Source: Octopus vulgaris
Taxonomy: Eukaryota
DNA: 64,000 nt
Direction of reading: 5' to 3'
Assembly: GCA_951406725.2 (NCBI GenBank)
Contig: OX597817.1
Coordinates: forward strand, 87,296,001-87,360,000
Made by a program: the position numbers and the translations under genes. Below the pieces are notes generated by a model that saw nothing but the letters and a program-made list of their open reading frames with translations, had not been told where the DNA came from and did no database searches. The stretch's first letter is position 1. Every line of letters starts with the position of its first letter. Shown in pieces: positions 12,560 through 25,654 of this stretch.

Positions 12560-13200
12560 TCTAAATAATACATGTGTTGATAGAAAAGTTTAATACATGT
12601 ATTCAATGAAAAGTTTAAAGCGAATGAAATTGTTTAGATTAAGAATAATGAAAATAGCGAATGACAATACATTAATTAACAGTGATAAATGCCATCACTG
12701 AAGCTGTTATTGTTGTTGTTACAGCTATTGCAATTATCGCTAGTGTTGCTATTGTTGTTAATGCTGCCATTATTGCTGTTGCTATTGGTGTTGTTAACAA
12801 CACTGTTATTACTGTTGCTATTGTCGCTACTATTGCTGTTGCTGTTAATGTTACTGTTATTGTTGTTGCTATTGGTACTGTATTTGCTGTTATTGTCGCT
12901 ACTATTGCTGTTGTTGTCAATAATAATACTGTTGTTATTGTTGCTGAAATTGCTTTTGCCATTGTTGCTACTATTTCTGTTGTTGTTAATGATGCTGTTA
13001 TAGCTGTTGCTATTGTCGATGCTCTTGGAGTTGTTATTGTTGCTGCAGTTGCTGTTGCTATTGTCACTACTGTTGCAGTTTATATTAATGTTGTTGCTAT
13101 TGCTGTAGCTATTGTTGTTCTGGATGCTGCTGCAATTGCTGTTGCTATTGTCGCCGCTATTGCTGTTGTTGTTAATGATGCTGCTATCGCCGCTGCTCGC
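11520..13200. repeat. Cryptic trinucleotide (GTT/GCT/ATT) low-complexity region with embedded (ATT)/(AGT) tracts
   Basis: Direct inspection; source of the Ala/Val/Ile/Leu/Thr-rich pseudo-ORFs. Confidence 0.9.
11642..12045 (+). mobile_element. Young SINE tandem dimer (full unit plus 5'-truncated unit) with a 17-bp TSD
   Basis: Units 11642-11876 and 11877-12045; TSD tattgttgttgttacag at 11625-11641 and 12046-12062. Confidence 0.9.
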
Positions 13201-13277
13201 ATTGTTTTTGAGCCAGGATGAGCAATAAAATGTTCTGGGGGTGGGGGAGTCACAGTTTTAGTTACCACCATGACCTT

Positions 13278-13336
<59 letters not shown>

Positions 13337-13477
13337 TGTTGTAGTAGTAGTAGTAGTTCTAAATAATACATATGTTGATAGTAGAAAAGTATTCAATGAA
13401 AAGTTTGAAGCGAATGAAATTATTTAAATTAAGAATAATGAAAATAGCGAATGACAATACCTTAATTAACAGTGATA
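12160..13477. repeat. Tandem duplication, end-to-end offset about 790 bp
   Basis: Unique segments tgagcaataaaa...cacagttttagttaccaccatg and ttctaaataatacat...ttaattaacagtgata occur at 12311-12687 and 13219-13477. Confidence 0.9.
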
Positions 13478-15199
13478 TATAGGAATATTTGGAACAACAA
13501 TTGAACATTGAAAAATAAATCATACATTCGACAGTTCATGTTTGTAATTTCGTTGTTATACCTCGAAAATGTTATCAAATCAATTAACTAGCGTTTATAT
13601 TCTATTGTCTTGTCACGTCGCATTTGTCTATACTCTCTGATTAATCTATTTATTACATAGTTTCTATGTTTAATTATAGAATTAGGTATCTTTTGGTGTC
13701 TTCGAGTCGATAATTAGTTGGAGGGTAAACGCTAAGGTATTCCGGATTAGCAAGAAAGGATTTAGCAAAGTATAGTAAATAGGTTGTAAGATTTATATAC
13801 ACTGAGAAAGTTTAGGGAAGTAAGAAACATTAGCTTAGCGAACTTAGAGGAGTAGTGGATGTTTATGGAATATTTCAGTGTCCTCAATTTAATATGTGTA
13901 TTGTTGTTGCACTTTCTGGAGTATAGAAACTGTTCTCTAGTACAATAGGTATGTGTTCTTTCAAAGAAAGTGGAAGTTATTGATGGCTGAAATGTTACAT
14001 GATTTAAATTTGCAGTGTGTTCATAGCCATATGACTTCCTTGTCAACCTATTTCTGTCTTTTTAATAGAAAAAGATCTAACAGATTGGTGTAATGTTCTG
14101 CAACTCTTATTTCATTATCAGCATAAAGAGTCTTAATATGCAAGAGTTATTTTCTCACTTTGATTTCCAGCTACTTTTAATAAGTCTTATATTAATGTAT
14201 ATTTATTTGTCAATAGCCTTAAGCTTATACTACAAATTCTTATCACATTTGTTCGTTAACTTGTGACCATCCTTTTGTTTTTCACTAAAATAATACACCA
14301 AAACGGCACTCTCCGGAAATAACAATGAGACGCTCTTGAAAGTTAACTCGTCGATGAACCTATATTTATCCAAGGTGGGGGGAAGGTCTCTAGTTTGCTG
14401 AAACTTCGGGGTTGAAATGTTACATAAAAATTTCACTAATATATATATGTAGATTCTGAGAGAAAATAACATTATCACATCTATGATTTTCTAATCCAGC
14501 AAAACACATTATTTTCTGTAGAATTATTGCACAAAAATTGCAAAGCTTGAATTATTTCAAAGCACTCTGTAATTAGATGTGTTTCACATCAAATATCACA
14601 GGCGTGTCAGCTGGTTGACCAACAGGATATTGACTGTCTATAACTCTCGTTCCCTCTTTCTTTCTCGCTCGCTCACTCACTATTTTTTGTCTCCTTCTCT
14701 CTCGCCCCCTCTCTCTCTCTGTCGCTCTCAAAACATTAAACATTATAAATAACTATACATAATCAACAAGAGAAACAGCTATGTTCTCAATTGAAGCCGT
14801 GTCACCAAGACATCAACGACTGCTATAATAAACGATCATATGTATTCATACATATATACGTACACACACACACATACACGTGTGTGTGTGCGTGTGTGTT
14901 TGTGCGTTTGTGTTTGTATATGCATACACATGCCCACATATATAAAGATAAACTTAAGAATAAATCTAAATATATGTATATATACATACATATACATACA
15001 CACACAGATATAGACACACACACAAATACATACATACATACATACATACACAGACATACATACTGACAGGAACACACACATATATATATAGAGAGGTTAT
15101 GAGAGGTAATGGTGTCAAGAAGACCCAAAGCTGTCAGGTAATGCTGAGTAAGTGCTATGAACAGACTATAGTTAAGCTCTAGGTTCGGTGATTATGAGG

Positions 15200-16324
15200 T
15201 AGGTCATATATCAGCATGTCTATGTATAAAATAATTAACAAAATGAGATAAAAATCCAAGGCTGTGAAAGATTTCAGGACATTTATAAATAGAAGGTCTA
15301 GAAAACTCTAGATTATTAGTATTATTAACGCTATCATTACCATCATTGTTACTATTACTATTGTTGTTATCAATTGTACTATTTGTAAGAGTGGTAGAGA
15401 TTGTGGTGGTGTTCCGGGCAGTGTCAGTAGGATGGGTTGGATTGACGTTGTGGTTTAACGTAAGGGTATCTATGCTGGAGCTGTGTGTGTGTGTGTGTGT
15501 GTGTTGAGCGTTTGTATGATTAGAGTTGTAATTATGTGAGTTTTGATAGTAAAGAGAAAGCTTTTTCTTATCAGAGGCTGCTACAATAGATTCGAAATTG
15601 GGTGGGGTAGAATAGGATAGCTTCAGGGTAGATCTATTAAAGATAGAATGATATTTATGTTGCCGAGAGAAGTTAGAGTCTAATATTTTAAAGAACGATT
15701 TAGTTAAGTTCTTAACGTTAAGTGAGAATGGGAGTGTGTACCACGGAATAGAACGCATGCGTCTTTTTAGGGTGTCTGAGAGTAGTGCTATCTATGTTTT
15801 TAGATAAAGGTATGCTATCTATATTTTTGGAGAATGGAGGTGGGTGGCAAGGCCTGTTGCTGTTAGCTGTTTATTTGTTTTAGTTTTTGACCTAGTGTTA
15901 AATTCATGTGTGTGGGGTCTAAGTTGCCTGGGTGTAAGACCTTCCAGGGTTCTATCAACGAGTGTGTGTGTGTGGCCGGTTGTGATTGTGATGGTTGCTG
16001 CGTTTTTGAGATGTAATTTGAGATATATATTGTTTGAGCCTGGTGTTATGGATATATTCTATTTGTTGGGAAAAGCCGCAAGCGGCGAGTGCTTGGTTGT
16101 AATATGGTGCGTGATCATTGAAAATTCCCTCAGTGGAAGAGAGGTCGGATATGCGGGTTGAGATGCCCTTAATTATGTTATCGAAAGTGGATTTGTGGTG
16201 ATTGGAGTGGATGTTAAGGTATTTAAGATATTGGTTAGGTCGCGGTTAGGTTTGTGGTAAGGAAGAAGAAGAAGAAGAAGAAGAAGAAGAAGAAGAAGAA
16301 GAAGAAGAAGAAGAAGAAGAAGAA

Positions 16325-16371
<47 letters not shown>

Positions 16372-18250
16372 AGAGACATAATAAGAAAAAGATGGGAGTG
16401 GTATGACAGCAGTAAGCTATTGGTAAAGTCTTCTTAAATGGTCAAGTGACGTAAAAGTTATAGTAGTGGGTGATTGGAATTGTTCTGAGTAAATTCATAA
16501 GTCGTTACTGTTCTTATAACTGTTTCTATTTTGTTGTTGGATTTCTTAATGAGGATATCGAGGAATGGAAGTTGTTGATGGCTATATTCCATCGTAAATT
16601 GAATATTTATGTCAAGTCCATTTACAAGTGCTTGAAATTCTCTAAGTTTCTCTATACTTCCATGCCAAAGAATGAAGCAGCCATCCAGATACCTCTTCAA
16701 GTTATTTCCTATGTAGAGGGAGAATGGGTTGCATTTTCTAGTATTTTACGATAAAGAGTGATTTCTAGATATCCTACAACTAAGTTAGCAAAGGAGGGGG
16801 CCATTCTCGTACCCATCGCAGTCCCCGATTTTTATCGATAGAAGTTGTCTTTGAACACGAAGAAGTTGTTCTCCAAGATGAATTTTCTATTAAGAATTCT
16901 TTTTTGATGCAATGCGAGAGTTCATTGGAGTAATTCTCTAGCCAGAATTGGATTGCCTCTATTCTTAGGTTGTGGGGGATATTAAAATATAGGTTGACTG
17001 CTTCGAAGGATACTTGTAGAGTGTTTTTTTATCTATTGTTTCAGGGAGGTAATTGAGCATATCTAGGTCGTATCTTCTGTAGCTTTTGATATGCTTGAGG
17101 AATGATTTTAAGAGGGTATCTAAAAAGTTACTGAGGCGGTGGGTTTCGCATGCAGGACCTGCTATTATAGGTATTAATTTGAGGTCATTAGGAGTTGGTA
17201 CCTTGATTATTGTGACTGTGGCTCTCCAGCATGCGTTACTTGTTTTCGTACTTTTGTGTATCTTTGGAATACCGTAGATTTACTTTTGAAGTTAGTCATA
17301 TAATTGTATTCCTTCTCGATGAGCCCTTCTCTGTATAGGTTTAACATAGTTTTAGGTTTCTCATTATTTTCTGCTGGCTGTAGTGTCAGACCATTTCATA
17401 ATATGTTGTGTCTTCTAATATAGATAGTACTAGAGTTATATAGTATACCGTGTCCATTAAGACATATGCACTCCCTTTATCAGTCGCTTTGATTGTTATT
17501 GTTTTATCATCCTTTAATTTGTTCAGTTCAACCAATACTGTTTTGCTGAAGTTTCGCTTATGTTTTGTTTGTGTATATATTGATATGATAATTCGTGTGG
17601 TACGGGTTTGTTGTGTATGGTTGTTTAGTGGATTGTTGGAACAAAAATTCCATTGGTATCGCCTTATGGGGGGGGGAGGTTATAATGTCTACCTTGTGGG
17701 TAGTGATTTTTTATTTCTCTGTTTGATGTTGGGGTACCTCCGACGTTGTTTCACTGATGGGTTATGAAATTAGGGTTAGGTCTTGTAGACGTTTTTAGTA
17801 GGGGAGATGGTTCCGGTTTTTTTTAGATAGGTGTGAATCTGTGTTTGAGTGTTGTTTTCTTATTTTTGGGAAAGAGTTGTTGGAAGCGGATTCTGTTTGA
17901 AAGACGGTTTCATAGTTTGAGAACCAAGTGGTCCTTTTTCCCCAGCGTTGGAAGGATTTCATTTCTTCGTTATCACAATCGTCTTTCCATAATTTGGAGA
18001 TCTTCTCTAGGCTGGAGTCTTAAGTCATTTCCTTGGTTGATCTATTCATCGATAGATTTTACTTTATGTTCATTCGTCTGGGCCCTCAATTTTAGAAGTT
18101 CTATTTCCATCTTCATTTTTTCCAGTGCCATTCTTTCCCTGAGGCGTCTTTGTGTCTCAGGTTCATCTATAATATGGCTTTGATCTGGAGTTTGCGTGGG
18201 AGATACCCGCAAGATAGGCATTACAACCTGCGCCCCTCCCATTAGCAGCT
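15200..18250 (-). mobile_element. Decayed Penelope-like retroelement (RT and thumb region)
   Basis: IKATDKG, YGIPKIHK, PIIAGP, SGTAMGTRMAPSFANL, KRYLDGCF..IQFTME..LPFLDI, and IPWYTLPFSLNVK..HKYHSIFNRSTLKLSYS; many stops and frameshifts; (GAA)n at 16262-16376. Confidence 0.85.
16262..16376. repeat. (GAA)n microsatellite
   Basis: Direct inspection. Confidence 0.95.
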
Positions 18251-21200
18251 AGCAACGAAATTTTTGTTCCAACAATACACTAAACAACCACGCACAACAA
18301 ACCCGTACTACACGAAATAATTACCATCGACGGTCCCCTAAAGCACCACATATGAACATAGGAAGTAGGGGCATACTTTACATTCTCCATCCAAAAACCC
18401 GCACCATAATCACAACAACAAAGGACTGGACAACAACAGGGAACAACTACATAACAGCTGGGTTTCCCTCTTTCAAAATCCAATAGTCTATGTTGGAAAA
18501 GGCCACAGTATGCAGGCATGGATTCTATCATTGTTTTATGAAATGCCTGGTATGCTTAAAAATAGTTTATCCGATTTCAGGATAAATCTTCACTTTTTGA
18601 AGTCTCCTTAGAAATTTCTAGTGTTTTACGTAGCGAAGGTCTTGTTATCGACGAGTAAAATCTATAAATTCAAACAAGTAAACCTACTTTTCTGTTTGTT
18701 GCTAATGTTCCTGAACCAGTTTATAATAGATATGCTGTTGTCCGATAAAAGGAAATCTATATGATTTCTAACCAGAAATAAAATGGAATCTAAATTATTT
18801 TTACTATCTATTTTGGTTTTAGCCGGATTTAGGAACTTACATTCAGGGTTGCTCCTAAAGTTAGCTTAGTGATCCTTAAGGGCAATAAAAGGTTTGCACC
18901 AGGAAATATAGCCTGCTGTATCTTTAATATTTAGGTTGGTGGCGATTCATTTTAACTTCTAGATTTATCTCATATGAACTTTGGCTCGCCTTCTTTTGAG
19001 TACTCGTAATACTGTTACGGTGCAATGGGAACAAACCCGGGGTCTCATGGTTGTAAAGTGAATTTCTTAAGAATTCAACCGCTCATACAAAGAAATATAT
19101 CTCAAAAGAAATATTATCAAAAGTACGCATTCATTGTATTAAAGAAGGATGAGCACCTATGTGTGCAAGCACATTTGCACATACACAAACATCTATATCA
19201 TAACTACACACACATACACACACAAACTCACACATACCTGTTCAAACATACAGTATTTTGAATTCATAGAACAGCCACTTCGTTAGTAAGCGGATTGAAT
19301 CCTTTGAAGAAGAATCTAAATAAATCTTAAAGAGCGACACCCACTCTTAAAGATTTCCATATTGCTTGCTATCATACTAATAATCAATTCTAGCCATAGT
19401 CTTTATCTATAAGCTGTCATTTCTTTATGTATTTCTCATCTAGTCGTTTCTACTATAACTTGATTTGTTTCATTAATGATTTTTTTTCTTTTAATAAGAT
19501 TAAAACGAAACTTCAAAAATACTACCTTTCTCCAGTATTTCCACCAACAAGACACGATAGATAGAAAACCGCGGACTAATATGGTTGGCAGTGTTGTTAT
19601 ATAACACCAGGTCATCTCCCAGTAGGCCATTGTCAACTTGTTTTATATAAGATATGTTGTATTAAACAGTATGTGTCTTCTGTTCTATAATGGCAAGATG
19701 TAATTTGAAAAACAGTTGGCTGCTGTTTCTTGAAGGTTGAGCGACTACGTAGAAGCTTTTTCGTTTGCTTGAATTGGACTTTTCGTGAAAGAAAGGGTTA
19801 AAATTACGAACTGAGGCGGAATTAAGTTTCAGTAAACATAAAAAGAATTCTGTTGATGCTTTTTGAAAATCAGAAAATTACATTGAAAAGCGTAGAGATT
19901 ACGTGTAAACATACATACAGCGATACACGCTCACGTACACATACACACATACACACACATACAATGGACGCTAGCATGGCCTAGTGGTTAAGGAATTTGT
20001 AGTGCAATTAGGGGTCCCTGATGTTTTCACTGTAGTCTCAGCTGAGTAAAACTGAGCCTGTGGAAACTGTGTGGAAGTTCTCTGATGAACTGAACTTGGT
20101 AATTGAAAGGCTTAACTTTATTACCCACTGTATCACACTAATTAGGTAAAAGAATTACGTTAGAGAACAAGATTTTGAAGAATACCCAACAACCTACATT
20201 GTTTATTTCAATGTATAAGTGAACAAATGAAATACTAATGGCCGACGAAGATCCATTTAAATGTATGTATGTATGTATGTATGTATGTATGTATGTATGT
20301 ATGTATGTATGTATGTATGTGCATGTTTGCGTGTGTGTGTGTGCGTGTGTGTGTGTGTGTGTGTTCAATATAGAACAGAAACGACTATTAGCATGCTGGT
20401 TCAATGAAAAATACCAATATATATGTAATGAGAGATGACACCGAAGTTTTCATGCGAAATTTAGATACAAAAAGAAGGAAATGCAAGCAAAAAAGTAACA
20501 AAAATAATACAAATAATAAACTGGCTTTTAGCCACATATATAGCAAGTTACATAAATAAATAAATGTATAAATGTATAAGATTCAATCTCGGTGGAAGCT
20601 AGGAAGCTGTTAGCATTAAGTAAAAAGTGTACGTTTAATGAGGTGATTGTTTAAAGTTGAGATCTAGGGGGAAGACCTCGCTTTCAAATACATCACGAAT
20701 GAATGACAGCCAAATCAGAAATCGTTCGACGTTTTGACCGACATGAATTTATTCCTGGTTATTCATGTTATTCACGGTGATTCATGTGATATATATTGCT
20801 GTTGTTGTGGTTGGTCTTGTTGTCATTGTTGTTGTTGCAGTTGTCGGCGTCATCGTCGTTATGGCTGTTTTGTTGTTGTTGTTGTTCAAGATGGCGCTTC
20901 AACTTCGTTTCTATACTCTCTTTAATTCACATTTTTTCTATTAAAACGTGAATGGCAGTGCATATGAACACACTGACAGAAACACGCACACAAACAACAA
21001 ACAAACAAACACACACACAAACACACACACGCACACACACTCACGCACAAATAATGGTGATCATATACACATACACAATTTACGTTTCTATATATATTTA
21101 CACACAGAAAATACTTATGCACATATATGTAAACATGAGTATAACTCTGAATAGAATTATGAATACCTGTTAATGTAAATGCAACTGGGCTTGTATGTTT

Positions 21201-21261
21201 ATGTGTGTGCAGGAACAACCAGTGTAAATTATGCATCAGGTTCATATATTTGTGTGTGTAC

Positions 21262-21309
<48 letters not shown>

Positions 21310-21729
21310 GAGTGTCTGCGCGCGCGTTTCTGTGTATGCTATATATACACATATACACACACACGTTCCGACAAACAATGATACACAGATATAAATACAT
21401 ACTTTCTATACACGTATGTACGCATGTATAAGTGTATCTGCTCAAAGCGATGCTTCATACACACAGGCTAAACCAAAGACAAATGGAGCAGTTAATTTAG
21501 TTAGAAGGCGACAACTCGCTGCGTCACTTTGTTCTTGTAGTTTACAATGAGAGCTGTTCAACGAATATCAGACATAAAATATGAACTTTCATCTACAAAA
21601 AACCACTTTAATTTGCAGATAACCTGATTACCTGGCATCGCTGTATTTGCCTTACATAGACGCAAACAGGCACACATACACATATATTTCGTTATCTGCA
21701 TTTATACATGCGCAAAAACACCAACCCAC

Positions 21730-21801
21730 CACGTATGTATGTATGTATGAATGTATGTATGTATGTATGTATAAATGAAATTATATGTGTATGGAATTAT
21801 G

Positions 21802-21842
<41 letters not shown>

Positions 21843-21929
21843 CATACATATGCATATATACACAATATATGAATGCATATGTACATTGGGATAAAGATAT
21901 ATACACATTCACACTCATACACATACATG

Positions 21930-21984
<55 letters not shown>

Positions 21985-22041
21985 TTGTGTATACACATAT
22001 ATATATATAAATTGTTATATGCATATACATGTATACACACG

Positions 22042-22076
<35 letters not shown>

Positions 22077-22092
22077 AACACACACATATATG

Positions 22093-22160
<68 letters not shown>
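21730..22160. repeat. Compound (TATG)/(TA)/(TG) microsatellite block
   Basis: Direct inspection. Confidence 0.9.
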
Positions 22161-22779
22161 CGTATATACAGACACTCACTCCCACCCATGTACACGCATA
22201 TGTTTGTATAAACTATATAAAACATACCAGTGAAACGTCATCCCCAATATTCTATTAAAAGTCGAATGCTAAGTTTTTATGAATGCAGTAATAAATGTGA
22301 TGGTTTGTTATAGATTAAAAAATGTGACTGAAACACCTATAGACCAATAAACAAGCGTTGCGGTGATCAATCAGACGAAAACTACAAAAAAGTTAAATGT
22401 AAACTGGATATAATCAAACTAATTGCACAGCAAACGTGTAAAATGCTGAGCCTAATATATAGAATGTGTGAATAAAGTGACAGCTTCTTAAAACTTAGTC
22501 TCATTTCTTGTGTTCGTCTTTGTTATAGGTTCCAGGCACTGGACTGCAGCCAGTTTGTAACCACATTCAAAGCATTCAAAGGTTCCAGTTCATCACATTG
22601 AACCTACCACTTATTTTAGTTTGCTATTTATTTTGCCTGTCTCTACTTTTAGGAGCTCGTAGCTATGTGACCCTAAGGGACACGGCATAACAATAATACT
22701 GTATTTTTAGGCACAGATATATATATATGTACACCTGTGTGTATGTGTGTGTATATACATATACAACTTGTTATCTGTG

Positions 22780-22974
22780 TTACTTGTTTCATTGATTAGA
22801 GTGCGACCTTGCTAGGGCAATGCCTTGGAGAAATTTTAGCCGAATGAATCGATCCCTGGGCTTATTTATCTGATAAGTCTGATACTTATCATATCACCCT
22901 TTTGCCGAACCGCTAAGTTACGGGGATATAAACTCATCAACACCAGTTGTCAAGTGGTACTGGGGAACAAATAC

Positions 22975-22976
<2 letters not shown>
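22780..22976 (-). mobile_element. CORE-type SINE 3' half
   Basis: cttgtttcatt...tttgccgaaccgctaagttacgggg...gttgtcaagtgg; abuts (TA)n at 22977-23038. Confidence 0.75.
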
Positions 22977-23039
<63 letters not shown>

Positions 23040-23041
<2 letters not shown>

Positions 23042-25130
23042 AAAGAAAGTCTGAAAATGCAAAGGTCTTTTAGAGATGTTTATTGACTTGACCGGTTTCA
23101 CGCTTTTAGAAAAAGAGTATCAGAAGTAAAATGTTAAGCTTTGTATACGCTTTGTTGTGTTAAAAAATGGTTATCACAAAAGTATTAAAATACAGGTATA
23201 CAGTCTTTAATAATGATAAGAAAATGTTAAAAGTAGTTTACATGAAAGTGTTTAAGAAAGGGAATACAAGTATTTTGAGTTCAATAAAAATCCTGTTTGT
23301 GTGGTAGTATATATATACACAGAAGGAGATATATTTAAGGATTTACAAAAAATTGCAGAGGAATAACTGACCTGTGTGTCTGACATTTTCTGTCTTGTGT
23401 GTTGCTTAGGAATGTTTGCTATTGTAAGGGATAGCGTGGGAGGTTGGTTGGTTGGGGGGGGGGGGATCAATGTGAAATCAAAAGGATATTTTTTTGTTTC
23501 TGGACTAGTCTGTCATGGTTCAGTGGATTTGGGGACTGGTATTAGAGGTCAGAATGGTGTGTGTGTGTGTATATATATGTGCTTATGTTTGTGTGTGTGG
23601 GCCATTTTAGATTGATGATTTGTATTTGTCAGGGTGTTTTGTGTGCGCATGTGTGTGTAAGTATTAGTTCGCGCATATTTATGTGTGCGTCTGTGTGTGT
23701 GCGTGTGTATGTTTGTGTGTGTGTTTTTGTTGGTGGAGATGTTCTGTGTGTGTACGTGAGTATGTGTCTCTGTCTGAGTATGTTTGTGTTGTTATAATTG
23801 TCCTGGTGGTGGTGGTGTGTGTGTGTGTGAGCAACCGTATGTGTGAGGGTGCATATGTATGTGTGTGTGGGTATGTGTGGATGTGTATGTGTGTGTGAGT
23901 GTGTTGTATTTATCAGCGGTTCTGTGTGTCAGTGTGTGTAACGTTTATCCGGGTGGTGTTTTTCTGTGTGCGTGTACGTTCTATGCATGTTGGTACTGAG
24001 TATGCGTTTGTGTGTGTCTATGTGGGTGTGGTTTATGTATTTTTCGGGTGTGTGTGCACATGTATGCGATGTATTTGTGAGTGTTTTGTTTTGTTTGTAT
24101 TGTTTGTGCAGTGTGTTTATACGTGTAGGTGTGTTTGTGGGAGTGTGTCTATGTGTCTTGTATTTGTCAGGGTGGTGTGTATTATGGTGTATCTGCATGC
24201 TTGTGTATATGTGTGTGTGTATGTATGTGTGTTTGTGAGTGTTTGTTGGGATTGTATTGCGTGTATATATATGTATGTTTTTTCTTTTGAGTATGTGTGT
24301 GATTTTTTTACTGGGGAACGTGCATATTGTGTTTGTGTGTGTGTACATATGTGTATATATATGCGTGTGTGTGGGTTGTGTGGTATTTGCGAGTTTGTGT
24401 GTGTATCTGTGTATATGTGGGTGTGTTTGAGTGTGATTTGTAATTGTCAGGGTGCTGTGTGTAGGTGTGTGCATGTGCGTGTTTACGTATGTGTGTATGC
24501 GCTTGTGTTTGTGTGTGTGTGTGTGTGAGAGTGTTGGTTATGATTACTAAAATCGTATTGCATGTGTATATATGTATGTATGTTTTTTTGGAATGTGTGT
24601 GGGTTTGTGCTCGAGTGTGGGGATATTGTGTTTGTGTGTGTGTGTATATGTACGTGTGTGTGGGAGGTTTGCATTGTATTTGTGTGTGTGTTTTTGTATA
24701 TCTGTATGTGCTTCTGTGTGTGTTTGTTGTGGGTGTGTACACTAACCTCTTTTACTAATAGAAAACAACAATTAACAATAGATTAGATGGTATTATTTAG
24801 ATTTCTTACAATTGTGACACCTAAAAATATTGATATAGCCATTAGTTCTATTTATGATAGCACGGTTCTATCACATCTGTGTTAATAAATTAAAAATTTT
24901 TCTGTTTTCATTTATGTAGTTTTGCATAAATTCAATTTAGCCGATCTATTATCTGTCTTTTTGTTTAAAACGGTGGGTTTTTTTTTTTCTCTTGGAAAAA
25001 TAATTTATGCATTCCTTTTTATATAGGATGCCGTCGTAGAATATAATTCTCTCTGAGACGTTTCTTAATTTACATAATTTGAAGATAAATAGGGATATTA
25101 TAATTTAATTCATAAACAATTACGTTAGCT
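23040..25130 (-). mobile_element. Probable Penelope-associated element: endonuclease-tail-like remnant, long CA-rich tract, terminal hammerhead-like motif and AATAAA
   Basis: About 25020-25100 minus reads KLCKL..ERIIFY..LYKK (weak GIY-YIG tail similarity); 23540-24740 is degenerate (GT)n; HHR-like motif at 23086-23127. Confidence 0.45.
23086..23127 (-). ncRNA. Degenerate minimal type-I hammerhead ribozyme (Penelope type)
   Basis: Minus strand: ACUU-CUGAU-ACUCUUUUUCUAAAAGCGU-GAAAC-CG-GUC-AAGU. Stem I ACUU/AAGU, imperfect stem II, palindromic ACCGGU stem III; the CUGAUGA core is damaged. Confidence 0.55.
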
Positions 25131-25439
25131 TATCAAGATTTACTGCAATCCAAGCAATATTACAAGACTTTAATGCAGTCTTTTTTTTTCTCTCAGAATC
25201 AATACTGTCTTGCCATAAATCTTAAGATGCACATCCTCGTACCCCACTGCTTGTTTTTCTTACCTTTTATTTTCATCTCCAACCCATGTCTCTGTTCAAT
25301 CATTAGTAAATATGCCTGATACGAAATTAGTTCGTCTCGTCTTTATGTATCACGGTAGACGGTAGAGCTCTGAGGTGACTTTTGTAAATATATTCCGTTA
25401 ATATATTCCTGCAAAGTTGGAGGCAGGGAAGAAATAATT

Positions 25440-25654
25440 CTTACTAATTTTGGTACAAGTACTGAAATTTTGCTGGGGTGTGAGTAGTCGATTACATCAA
25501 CCCCAGAGTTCAACTGGTACTTATTTTAAAGGCTCCGGAAGAATGAAAGGCAAAGTTGACCTTAGCGGAATTTGAACTCCGAGCACAAAGCCGGAAGAAA
25601 TACCACTAAGCATTTTTTCCAGTATGCTAGCGATTCTACCAAGTCGCAGCCTTT
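25440..25654 (-). mobile_element. SINE (Nin/Deu-like family)
   Basis: gtcgattacatcaacccc...gaaaggcaaagttgacc...tttgaactc...gattctacc. Confidence 0.85.

Noticed and set aside
12672-13221. Ala/Val/Ile-rich 179-aa ORF and Thr/Ala-rich antisense ORF resembling membrane, mucin or antifreeze proteins
   Set aside because: Cryptic trinucleotide repeat open in several frames on both strands, duplicated in tandem, with the adjacent copy SINE-interrupted; no convincing gene signals.
20887-20897. caagatggcgc YY1-like or start-like motif
   Set aside because: A single short motif without promoter context or a supported ORF.
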